From Octopus sinensis (taxonomy: Eukaryota): 64,000 bases of DNA. This document shows positions 23,798 to 35,895 of this stretch, one piece after another; positions within the stretch are counted from its first letter, which is position 1, and every line of letters begins with the position of its first letter. Position numbers and translations under genes: made by a program. A model generated the notes under the pieces. The model saw only the letters and a list, made by a program, of their open reading frames with translations. It made no database searches and had not been told where the DNA came from. The DNA is taken from assembly GCF_006345805.1 (NCBI RefSeq), contig NC_043004.1, positions 29,388,001-29,452,000 on the forward strand, in the 5' to 3' direction.

Positions 23798-24806
23798 AGA
23801 AAGCATGAACAGACAGACAGACAGACAAAGAAGCAGACAGACAGATACATAGATAGAAAGATAGGTGCATGAATGATGGGGTGATTTGGTGTTTGTGTGG
23901 GTGAATACACAGATGTCTCATGCGTTTTCAGCAAGATGAACAATTAATCCATGTTTTGGAAGGTTGTTATATCTTTAAAATCATAAAATTGATCAAGACC
24001 AGATATATGTTTGTAAATGCAGCCATTGAATTAAATGTATTCTGTGAAATAAATTTTGGTCTTTCGGTAATTAGAGTTTTTTTTTTCTGTTCGGCCTGGG
24101 ATTTCATTGGGAAATTTTCTAATCCAGAATTCTATAGTGATGTGGTATAGTAATATACAGATTTATCTCATGAAATGATGCAAAAATGGTATTTTTGTCA
24201 ACTTTTTCTGGAAGGTGGTTTAACAATTTGGGCCCGCTACAGTTGGTCATTATATATACACACATATATATTTGGAAGAAGATTTTTCACAGTTAAAACT
24301 TATAAATTATATATAAAAATCTTTAAAAGAGCTGATTAACAAAGACATAAGAGAAGAAAGCTTTTGTGAAGATGCGTACACAAAAATTTTCTTCTTACAA
24401 GTCTGCTTTTCTTTGAAAAGAGCTTTTTTAAATATAATATTTGATTTTTAATTTAAGAAAATTATTAAATTATTTTGCTTCCAAATATTTGAACTAAATA
24501 AAGAAAATTTTCGTATATGTAGGAGCAGCTGTATTCTATTGAACTGAATATAGTAAATTCTTCGTGCAAAACAACGGCGCAATAAATGCAACGACGAAGC
24601 CCACCAGTGAGATTTGAAATCGGTCATTAATCAACGAGCTTAATTACTACTCAGCACGTTACCATCTGCGCCACCCTTGCTGACCTGATCATAATATCAT
24701 AATAAATTATCTTAAGATAATAGTAATAATAAAAACGGTCTCAAATTTTGGTACAAGGCCAGAAGTTTTATGGATGTGGGATTAGTTGCAGTTTTATCTT
24801 TTTTTT

Positions 24807-24964
24807 TATCTTTTTACCTCTCTCAGTCATTTGTCTACAGCCATGCAGGGGCAGTACTCATTTTTAAAACCTGGTACTTCTTTTATGGGTCACTTTTGCC
24901 GAACCGGTTGTCAAGCGATTGTGAAGAACAAACACTAATAAAAAGACAAATACACACGTATGTT

Positions 24965-25016
<52 letters not shown>

Positions 25017-25174
25017 ACGGGCTTCTTTCAGTTTCCATCTACCAAATCGACTCACAATACTTTGGTCGACCCGAGACGATAGTAGAAAACACTTACCCAA
25101 GGTACCCAGTGGGACTGAACTTGAAACATGTGGTTAGGAAGCAAGCTTTTTACCACACAGCGACGCATGCGCCT
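24807..25174 (-). mobile_element. SINE family B
   Basis: Reverse complement of the head, body and tail seen at 5709-6110. Confidence 0.85.
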
Positions 25175-25380
25175 ATATTTTATAATTTAAGTTTCTATGT
25201 TTTCGAAATAACAAAGGATTGAAGTTAAACAGTTTCATATTATATATTTGAGAGGATAAACAAAATTCGTTGACTAGTTATCATTAGTTGTGTTTATGCA
25301 ACATCTTGTAAGAAGCAAATCAATTCTATAATCGTTCCCCAGGGCGGCATAGCAAGCAAGCATATTAGTGTATGTATATG

Positions 25381-25437
<57 letters not shown>

Positions 25438-25442
25438 CAAAA

Positions 25443-25480
25443 CTGTCCGACGAACGGGAACGTGAAACTCCGAGTAATAG
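25443..25480 (+). ncRNA. Minimal hammerhead motif with U4-to-C core
   Basis: CTGT CCGACGA(25447-25453) ACG-GGAA-CGT GAAA CTCCGAG TA ATAG. Confidence 0.6.
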
Positions 25481-25619
25481 CTTTGTTGAATTTCTGCTGC
25501 TTTTAAATAAAGTATATATATATGTATATATATTACTGTTCCGTTATAGGTAGGATCCACAAAAAAGTATTCCATCTAGTGAGAGACAAATAGCATTTAA
25601 TATATACAAAATTTGAAAA

Positions 25620-26040
25620 AAAAAACTACCATGTTCAGCGCATATCGTTAGACCTATTCGAAAATCAGGACGCTGGTCTATGAGAAAGTATGAGAAAAAA
25701 ATGAGAAGAAAAAGGCTAATAAATAAGTGCAGCATGAAGAAAGAAAGAAAAGTTAGAAAACCAAGATCATCGTCACTTTTGTCTGGTGAAATCATAATTA
25801 GCCTAATTGACGTAGAATAACATAATGGAAAGTGGGGACCAAAGTTTATGAGTAGCTACTCAGTCCTGGGAGGATGGCGTCCTCCAGTTCGACTAAAGAA
25901 ATTTGTCCATGTACTTACATTTCGTTCGTTATGTGTAACTGATAGATCGGAAATTCTTTTTAGATACAAGAATTCCAGCACACTACTTAATTTCAAATCA
26001 GAAATTTTAAGCAAACTCATGAAACTATTACCATTTTTTT
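25620..26040 (+). mobile_element. PLE GIY-YIG C-terminal relic
   Basis: ORF 25848-26045 reads RSLCVTDRSEILFRYKNSSTLLNFKSEILSK, resembling the PLE C-terminal C.LC..EK..I...LLN.KSE..SKCRH. Confidence 0.6.
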
Positions 26041-26081
26041 TATAATTGTGTGTGTATGTGCTTGTGTGAGTGTATAAATAC

Positions 26082-26137
<56 letters not shown>

Positions 26138-26399
26138 TACGAAAATTTTCTTGATTTAGTTCCAATAATTGGAAGCAAAATAATTTAATAATTTTCTTAA
26201 ATTAAAAATCAAATATTATATTTTAAAATGTTCTTTTCAAAGAAAAGCAGACTTGTAAGAAGAAAGTTTTTGTGTACGCATCTTCACAAAAGCTTTCTTC
26301 TCTTATGTCTTTGTTAATCAGCTCTTTTAAAGATTTTTATATATAATTTATAAGTTTTAACTGAGAAAATCTTCTTCCAAAGATATATATATATATATA

Positions 26400-26580
26400 A
26401 AGTTAATCCAAACAAGAAAACAAAAAAGACAACAACGCGAGGATGTGGAACAATTAAAGTATTATTAGGCGCTCAGGAAAAAAGGGAAGAAGGAGGGTAT
26501 GACGTTTCGAGCGGAGCTCTTCGTCGGAAACATAGGAGAAAGAAAGATCCCGAGGTGGGAGGACAGAGGGAAAAAAAATG
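26400..26580 (-). mobile_element. Second copy of the (TA)n-embedded PLE-derived repeat, with a hammerhead-like core at 26497-26531
   Basis: Homologous to 122-330. Minus strand reads GTTT CCGACGA A GAGC-TCC-GCTC GAAA CG TC ATAC. Confidence 0.7.
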
Positions 26581-26596
26581 CAAGAAAATTTTCGTA

Positions 26597-26650
<54 letters not shown>

Positions 26651-26666
26651 TAAGCAATAAGTATTA

Positions 26667-26729
<63 letters not shown>

Positions 26730-27089
26730 TTATGTATTTATACACTCACACAAGCACATACACACACAAGCACATACACATATATATATATAATGACCAA
26801 CTGTAGCGGGCCCAAATTGTTAAACCCCCTTCCAGAAAAAGTTGACAAAAATACCATTTTTGCATCATTTCATGAGGTAAATCTGTATATTACTATACCA
26901 CATCACTATAGAATTTTGGATTAAAAAATTTCCCAATGAAATCCCAGGCCGAACAGAAAAAAAAAGTTCTAATTACTGAAGGACCAAAATTTATTTCACA
27001 GAATACTTTTAATTCAATGGCTGCATTTACAAACATATATCTGGTCTTGATCAATTTTATGATTTTAAAGCCCTAATTAACAGTACTCT

Positions 27090-27700
27090 TAATAATATAC
27101 ACTTTACAAGTGAAAGCAATCAACAACTATTACTGCATATTCTAATTGTGAAAAAGATACAAACACCGAAACCAGCATTCAATACAAACCGATAAATTCG
27201 AAACAACACTTGCTATACATTCTATTCAATCAAAACACACCAAAACAAATGTATTATTAAATATAGTAGAATAATATGTTTAATTGTTTCGAATTTAGGA
27301 AAGAGGAATAACAAACTCCAAAAACTGAAAGAAAAGAAGTACTACTTCATAGATAAAAACCCCAACAATGTTAATTGATTGCCAAAGCAATAGACATTCC
27401 AGAATTACGAAGAACAAAAATAAATTCCAGTACATGAAACTCTCTTGCGTAGATAACAACTCGCAACCCAGAGAATGCAGAACTGTACAACATTATTCAT
27501 CAAAACATTCCATCAGTGAATAAAGACCCAAGGATGAGAAAAGTGCTCAGAACAGGGAAAATGATTAAAAGCAAAAGATAACCAAAATCTTTTAAGGAAT
27601 TATTAATCAATGCCAAATTGCTTTACAAAACAACAACTCCATTTTTCAAAAGGTGAGGTTATATAGAAACCACAATTTAATAAGCTATAACAATATACGA
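27090..27700 (+). mobile_element. PLE RT thumb/linker relic
   Basis: Decayed reading TETSIQYKPINSKQHL...SRIICLIVS...TRNPENAELYNIIHQNIP..KDPRMRKVL..KMIKSKR*PKSFKELLINAK. Confidence 0.75.
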
Positions 27701-28164
27701 GTCCCTAACTTAAATTTGAAACCGCAACGCGTTGTTTGGAAATCTTCAGAAAAGTGATAGACGAAAAAGCAGAATTTCCAAATACAGTACTGACGTCATC
27801 AAATAATTGTCTAACAGCTTGTTTTCGACAACACAACTAGCGGATCATTTGACGTCATCAGCATAATGCTTCAAATTAGAAAACATAACGCGTTGTTAAG
27901 AAATCTTCACCAGAAGAACTGCTACACAGAAAACGTCTGTGGTAAAACTCAAGATTACATTACTTTCGTAAAAAAAAAATTATTTGTAAAACGGTTTGAA
28001 TAATTATATGCAAATTTTCATAAAGTAAATTTTCTTAAATTGAAATTTCCAACGTTTTTTCTTTTTCTTTCTACTTCTACTGGTGTGGAAAACTTTATTT
28101 TCTTAAATGCGTATGTGTTCACATAGATACTTACATATGAGTATGTATGTATGTATGTGTGTGA

Positions 28165-28214
<50 letters not shown>

Positions 28215-28931
28215 TTCCTTCTTTCTAGAGCATTTCCTTTGCCCTTGTAGCAGTTGTTAATTATACTACTATACCAGTACTTAAATATGGAACCTGTAAT
28301 ACTTGGCTTATTACTGTAATACTTGCTCAAGTGTTACTCTACCAGATATTATCAGCATCTCAGCAACAGTACTCAATAGGCCAGCTCCGTTCCCAGTCTT
28401 CATATGCTTAATGACCTTTTTGAACACATAACTGTTCACTTTAATTGTTGACCCTTCTGTTGGGTATAATTGATGTAGTTCCTCTTCCTTCGACCGATTT
28501 CTGTATTCAACAGCCTCTCATATAAATATTTTCATGCCCCTTGTGGGTAGTAAAGAAATTATATAAATATTTTCATACCTCTTTCTTCTCCTCTTCACAC
28601 TGGAACATCTCTCACCTCTAAGCCTCTCGACGTAGAACACACTCAAATCATTTGTTTTCGGGTCACTCCACGCTAAATAAACTTGTCGAGTTTTTCCTAC
28701 TTTTACGAAACTGTTCGCTGCTAACCGTTTCTTCCATGCTTCTATCTACAATAGCTGTCTATGTTAGCTTTTTTTTGTAACAGAGTAACTGCTTTTCTGC
28801 TGATTCCGCATCTTTCTCGTTTAGACTTACATGTATGTAAGAGAGAGTGTGTATGTATATATGTATGTATGTATATACACACAGAATCATATATAAATAC
28901 TCACGTGTGCACGCGCACATATATATATATA

Positions 28932-29015
<84 letters not shown>

Positions 29016-29581
29016 TATGTATGTATGTGTGCGCGCGTGCGAGGACATGAGTATTTATATATGAGTCTGTGTATATATGAGTGCGAGTGTGTATATAATA
29101 TGGCCGTGTTCATTTTGTACATTAGGGACTTTTATATTTCTTATTAGTTCTTTTGTATTTGATTGGGAATAAAATATATGTCTTCTGTTTCAAGGCCTTT
29201 ACAATCCTATTTTCAAAATATACTGTTTTAATGGCGTGTAATCCGTGCGTTCTTCGATGGATCGCAAACGTTTTGGGAGTAATTTTACAACAGGTCTTAA
29301 AATTACGTAACAGTAGCTCCTGCTAGATTTCATAACATCATTATGTATTTTTTTACGTCTGATGTATTTGTGTTCTTGGTTTAAGGTTTGTATTTTGTTA
29401 TTACAAAAACTTAATCTAAACTATAGCGAAATTCTTTTGGTTCTCGATCAAACCGCTATGAGGCCAAACGCCCATGTGCTTAGCGCATGCACAAAAGGAG
29501 AAAAAACAGAAATAAATCGACGGACCGTCAAATATTTAAAGATAAGCTGTCAAGTCCTACACATCCAAAGAATGTTATCAA

Positions 29582-29671
29582 AGGCGCAGGTATGGTTGTG
29601 TGGTTAAGAAAATCGCTTTGCAACCATGTGGTTTGGAGTTCACTCCCACTGTGCTGCACTTTGAGCAAGTA
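29582..29671 (+). mobile_element. SINE family B head fragment
   Basis: aaggcgcaggtatggttgtgtggttaag...gttcactcccactg. Confidence 0.75.
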
Positions 29672-29837
29672 CTAATATTGGGGTCCTGTCCTAAAAGCAA
29701 AGGGGTGATAATGGAAACAATTGTTAAATTTAGAAATAGAAAAATTAAACTATTAAACGTATCCGTTATTCTAATTAAAGAGAACCAGTTCGAGATATGT
29801 TTGCATAAATTTATCCAAACATCATCTTTGAGTCACT

Positions 29838-30240
29838 GGCGCCTCATGAATTCATCCAAATAACTTGGTAAAGTCATTGCTTGTACGCCATCCCAAATTT
29901 TAACTGAATATTTACCAAGTGTAGCCAATTGTGAACACCAGCTATTTCGTCCATGAAAATCCGATTATTACTAATAATATTCGTAATCTCAATGTAACTC
30001 ATCGTTGACATTTAATTGTAAAAAGTTTACAGATTGACAAATGACATACACTCTTATCAATTTCAATAAGTATTTTCGTTTGTTTACATGAAGTACCATA
30101 CACAAAGCTAAGATTTGCGCTCCGGAATTACGACAGCATCTGTATATTGAGATCTGAGAAGAAAACATGTATATGAAGTCACTTTTTAATATGAAGTTTG
30201 ATTTGTTGCATTTCAATCTTGAAGGTAATCTGGCACAAAT
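29838..30240 (-). mobile_element. Merlin (ISXO2-like DDE) transposase relic
   Basis: Minus-strand fragments IEIDKS, FMDEIAGVH and TLPSYLDEFMRR resemble the Merlin motifs VEIDES, FVDP.TGVH and LPSYLDEFMWR. Confidence 0.6.
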
Positions 30241-30559
30241 CATATAGTTGATTGACGACTCATGAATTGTAGATATGTTTGTGTACTCTTATTGAAGCAG
30301 TAAATTGATGACTGGTATGTTCTGTGATGACAATGATGGCACAATGATGATGAGGATGATTAGTAATATGTAACAAAATTTAGAAAAATCATTGACGGAA
30401 AATACATTTTGTAAATAAAAGTATATTCTAAATGAGTTGTTGTTGCTATAACAACGACCGTGGATAAAGAACTACTATACGATAATATAATGTAAACAGG
30501 AGTCTATCTACAAATATACTTCCATAGGAAGTATATTATATCTTACAAATATATTTCTG

Positions 30560-31350
30560 TAGGAAGTATATTTGCAGGAAGCAAATAGAAATAGAAGTAA
30601 CACAAACTTTTGATTTTTAAACACAAACTAAATGTGGTGAATTGTCTGTGGCAACTAAGTAACTACAAAACCATCCACGATGTAGTTTCTATTTCAATCG
30701 TGTAGTATTGTTTGTTTTTTGTTTGCGCTCTTACAAATCACAGAGAGCGACGAAGTACTTTGACATGGTAGGATTATAGCTTTGCGGTCAAGAAATTTAT
30801 AACTCAATATTGTGCATTTCGGAGACATAAAGTATGAAAGTAGAGCAATAGCTGAAGTATGCCGAAAATAGTTATCAGACACAGCCCAAAACGCTGAAAA
30901 TATATTTATCTAGAGGGTTGATTGTTAAGTGTATGACTACATATTTAGATAGATGAAAAAAGTAAAATGTAATTGTAGAAGATGACAAACATTGTAAGTG
31001 GGTCTGAAATATATTGAAAGTGAACCTGATAATTAATCATGAAAATGATGGAGAGAAATCATAATTTTTTCCGGTATTTAAAACGGGAACACTAAAAACA
31101 AAAATGAAAAATAAAGTCAGAAAACAGAATTAATGTAACAAATAACAGCAATTGTAATTTTCTGATAGTTAAAACGGGAAATTAATTCATGGTGTAAGAT
31201 TTCCACAACTGTGTACTTTGAATCACAATGAATACGAGCCAAGACGTAAATGGAAAGGAATGACAGCTGATTTTGCAGGAATAAAACGAAAAAGCCCAGA
31301 AGACGTGACAGAGGAAATATATGTCAATCTATGCAGTGATGTGTGTATGA
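30560..31350 (+). mobile_element. Possible piggyBac-like 5' relic
   Basis: Acidic segment followed by RRKWKGMTADFAGIKRKSPEDVTEEIYVNL. Weak similarity only. Confidence 0.3.
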
Positions 31351-31429
31351 GGAGTGGGGTTTTCTTTTTCTTTTTAATTTAGAATAATTTTTGACCGGTC
31401 ACCAGCTTGGTAGCAAGTAGTGAAGGAAA

Positions 31430-32890
31430 GTATCTTGTTTTACACTTTTAAATCTTAGGAAGGTCTTGGAGATTTTTATGTCCCAGATATTGTGAGCATT
31501 TGTCGTGTATGAATTAAAGATTTGTGTTCTCTCCCCAAGAATCCAAGTTTAGCTATAATTTGCTTCAGGCAGGTTGGTATGTATCCTGTTGCTCAAATAA
31601 TATTAGGTATGAAGCTGAAAATGCATCTTGGATTCTGTATTTGCAAACTCCTTATCGATGGTCCATAGATGTCTTCTTTCTCTTGTAATTTTCGAACCAC
31701 ATTGGTGTCCAGAAAGCAGCTGATTTCCACAACAGAACATATCTTTTCCTTGTGACCTCACACAACAACATCTGGTCGGTTATGTTTAACTTAGTGGCGG
31801 TTTTAACTTTTAAGTTCCACCAATATTCTTTTGACCATAGGTCTCAATATAGTCAACTTCGCTGGTATTTTTTGTTTTGTTCTGTTTTTGTGGATTTTTG
31901 TTATCCTCTTCCACAGTTCTGGTCACCAATCAGGCCTCACGAGAAGATAATATCTGGAAGTCATCCTCTTGCAGTTGACCATAACGCGGTTGATGTTTTC
32001 AGTTTTTGTTCTTGTATTACCTACATTTGTTGTCAACCAATATTTTCTACCTTTTACGCTGTAGGTACTTGGTGGAGATCTCTTATGCTTGAAATGCATG
32101 GAGGTAGCCTTCGAAGTGGGATGTCATAAACTTATTGGTACTTCATACCATGTTCATACATGATAAATTCTTTTTATAGTTTGTTTTTCGTGTCAAGTAC
32201 CCATGTACTATCTTCTCGGTGAAGTAGTCCGTTTTTGTTTTTTGTCTTTTTTTTTGCTTTTTTTTCCTGATAAATAGATTTAACCAATGCTCTTTGAGAA
32301 GAAATATATATCAGCTCTTATTTCATACCTCTCCTCAAGTTCATTAACTTAACTAATTATGTTATTGTTTTTATGGTCACAAACTTGGGCAATGTCTCTT
32401 TCCTCTGCTGAAGTTGTGTCAGTGTTTCAGTACGTGTTTCATATGACATCAATGCAGATTTTAGACCACAGACACCATCTTTGCGTGAGACGTGTAGCTT
32501 GTCTATTGATGTTGAAGTTTCCTGTAACGCTGAGCAGCTTTTATTGTCAAAAAGGCACTTTTGAACTCATGAAATTCCATTCCAATTTCTGTAGAAAATT
32601 GGGTAATGAGGTCCAATTGTTTTTTGTTTTTTTTTAATGTGGGTGCTATTTAGCTTGTACAGTTTCAAGTCATCGGCAAAGAAAAGATGGGACATGATTT
32701 TGGATCCATTTCTATAGCCACTATATTTCGTGCGCAGGTATGACAGTGGATTTAATGAGAGGACAAACAGCAACACCAAAAATGATTCCTTTCTGGCAGT
32801 GAATACTGGCTTAATTTGCCCCTCATCACTCCTAAGGATCAAAGTGGTGAACCAAGTCTTGATCAGGTAGGGCTTTAACTAACTGTAAAG
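31430..32890 (-). mobile_element. RLE non-LTR (R4/Dong-like) relic with internal deletions
   Basis: ORF 32567-32842 has LLFVLSLNPLSYL...SHLFFADDLKLY (RT). Downstream fragments read EISTKYL..DNKCR, NRPDVVV..CSVVEISC.LDTNV..K.QEKEDIYG. Confidence 0.85.
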
Positions 32891-33549
32891 CCATGGTAAT
32901 CCAGCCATGTGGTATACTACCAAAAGCCTTCTGGTAGTTGCTAGGTATGTATGGATGTATGTATGTATATATCTATCTATCTATCTACCTATTTATCTAT
33001 CTATTTATTTATCTATCTATCAATCTATCTATCTATTTATCTCTTATATCTATATGTCAAAACTTCAAACATTTGTCTCCAGGAACTTCCTAATCATTTT
33101 TCAGGTCTTTTCAATAAGTTGGTATTCATATCCGTTTTCTTCTTTCGTAAATGATTGCACTAGTAATAATGAAAACCTGACTGGACTCTTTTATAGTCTT
33201 ACTAAAGTAAATTTCTAAAGACTAATGAGGCAAAGTCTCGTGTTTATATTATTCTAAAAACTAGTTGAATCATTTTCCCTGATCAACTGGACACTGAAAT
33301 ATCTCCTGTTATTAGAAACATTAATATTCAACAGAGCAACACATTGACAGATCGTATCAATTGCAAAGGTTTCTGTTCTTTTGTTTAACACGTTGATCGA
33401 TATTATCCTGACCTGCCACAAAATCAGCTGTTTGTGTAAGATGTTACTATACCACTCGTCACTGAAAAATGCATTACTTATGATGTCTTTAATGAGATAT
33501 ATAAACACACACTCGCACGCACACGCACACACACACACAGAGAGGCATG

Positions 33550-33584
<35 letters not shown>

Positions 33585-33585
<1 letters not shown>

Positions 33586-33769
33586 TATATCAAGGGAGAT
33601 CGGGTGAAAACGACCTTTCTCCGGCATGCTTGAAGTGCCGATACCTTCAAAAGCTCCAGCTAAAATATACACATGGCTGAAATCAAAATAGTGAGAGAAA
33701 ATTTTGAAGGTATCGGCACTTCAGGCATGCTGGAGAAAGGTACTTTTCGCCCGATCTCCCATGATATAA
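33585..33769. mobile_element. MITE-like hairpin element with terminal inverted repeats of about 67 bp
   Basis: ttatatcaagggagatcgggtgaaaa...ccttcaaaa pairs with ttttgaagg...ttttcgcccgatctcccatgatataa. Confidence 0.85.
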
Positions 33770-33904
33770 TTATGTACATATGTACATTATTATTAATCTA
33801 ATGTATTAATTACCTATAACTTTTTATAGCATGCTGACTACTTGATAAAAATCATTAGCGTGATTTTTATCCTTATATTCTTATATATATATATATATAT
33901 ATAC

Positions 33905-35895
33905 GAGAGGACAATCTCTCCAAACTAAACTGCCATAAAGCAAATTGGATGCTGATTGAGAAAGAGATCCTCAAATAAGATTGGCCTAAATGTCTTTCAA
34001 CACTAGACATTGACATGAAACACAAACTTTTCATGTCATGTCCATAATACAAGCCATATGTGATAAATATGTCCCAGTGTGCAAGGCCAGCACACACAAA
34101 AACGGACAAGGATTGCGAACCGCCTGAGCAAGCACATCAAACGTGGTGAGAAGTCTCGCCTCGAGAGAACGCTAAGGAAAACTGAAAAATGTCTGCATCA
34201 GACTCATGAAAAGGAGAGAGCAGATAAAGAAGCTTGGGTAATAGAAAATATCAAGTCAATCCCTAAAGCCTTCTTTAAGTTTGCCAAAGAGACGGCCACA
34301 GTGCGCCAGAGGATAGGACCTCTCTTCCAAAAAGATGGTTCCCTCACAGGAAATCCCATGAGGATAAGTGAAATACTGAACGAACTGTTCCACAGTGTGT
34401 TCACTACACCTCTAGGACAGAGGCAAGTAAACAAACCAGAAGAATTCTTTGCCACTTTACCTGTAGCCAAAGAGGCAAAAATTAAGTACATCAACATTGA
34501 AGATCATGATGCCAGACTGGCCATAGATGAGATTGACACAAACTCAGCTGCTGGACCTGATGGATTTCCAGCGATCCTTCTCAAATCGTGCAAACGAGCC
34601 CTTGCAAAACCGCTACAGTTTCTTTTTCAGAGCTTTCTTGCAAGTGGTAAGCTCCCAGTCAAATTAAAAGAAGGCATAATATGCCCTATCCATAAGGGAG
34701 GAGGCAGAGCAGATGCTAAAAATTATAGGCCTATCTCTCTGACCTCACACATCAGCAAAGTCATAGAACGAATAGTCCGCAAGAAACTAATCATGTTCCT
34801 TGAAGAAAATGACTTGCTGACTGACACCCAGCATGGATTTCGACCAGGGAGAAGCCGTCTAACAGAACTCCTGCAACACTATGACTGGGTGTTAAAACAG
34901 CTACTAAGTGACTCAAGTGTGGATGCGATATATCTCGACTTTGCAAAAGCCTTTGATAAAGTCGACCATGGTATGATCTGTCACAAACTGCGTGATCTCG
35001 GCATAGGTGGAAAACTTGGAGAGTGGCTGCACAACTTCCTAAAAGGTAGAAGGCAGGAAGTGGTGGCTAATGGAGCCACCTCCAAGAAAACACAAATAAC
35101 AAGTGGTGTTATTGCAATTCCTGAGGAATTGCAATTCCTGAGTCAAAATCAGTGTGTGACCTGGGCATTGACATGAGCAATGATGCATCTTTCCAAGTGC
35201 ATGTTGCCAAATTGGTAATAAAATGCAGACGGCTAGCTGGATGGATCCTCTGAACTTTCAGAACAAGAGAGAAGGAGACACTGATGGTCCTTTGGAAGAC
35301 ATTCGTCGTCAGTCGCTTGGACTACTGCTCCCAACTATGGTCACCACACAATATAAAGTTAACAGCAGAACTCGAAGCAATCCAACGAAGCTACACTAAG
35401 AAGATCATCTCAATGCAACATATCATCTACTGGGAAAGAATGAAAGTATTAAAACTCTTCTACCTGGAGCGAAGGCGGGAGAGACATGCAGTGATATACA
35501 TCTGGAAGATCCTGGAGAGCCTTGTCTCGAATTTTGGTATTGAAAGTTACCCCAACAGCAGAAAAGGGCGCCACTGCATGGTGCCAAAGATCCCAACATC
35601 ACCATCAAAATACAGGACCAGATACTGCAACAGCTTGGGTTTCAGGGGACCACAGCTCTTCAGTATCCTTCCTAAATGCTTGAGAGACCTGCATGGTGTG
35701 GATGTGGGTTTCTTTAAAACTAAACTGGATCTCTTCTTGTCAGGGGTTCCATATGAACCTACCTCTCAGCAGGAAATACAGATGCGGGCAGCGTTGTCGA
35801 ACTTCCTTGTTGACCAAGTGCCACGTATCAGAGGCAGTTTCACATACTAGTGTAGCACATTCAACTGTGGTGCCCCAGCATGGCCGCAGCTTTAA
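33905..35895 (+). mobile_element. CR1-clade LINE, 5'-truncated, with the RT YADD region deleted
   Basis: ORF 34079-35176 has AAGPDG, NYRPISLTS, QHGFRPGRS and YLDFAKAFDKV. ORF 35284-35850 has SRLDYCSQLWSP. PQG and YADD are absent at the 35107-35142 junction. Confidence 0.95.

Larger units (their letters stand above)
23973..27070. repeat. Large inverted repeat with arms of about 540 bp (23973-24515 and 26138-27070, right arm interrupted at about 26382-26792)
   Basis: The arms read as high-identity reverse complements by eye, across a spacer of about 1.6 kb. Confidence 0.95.
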
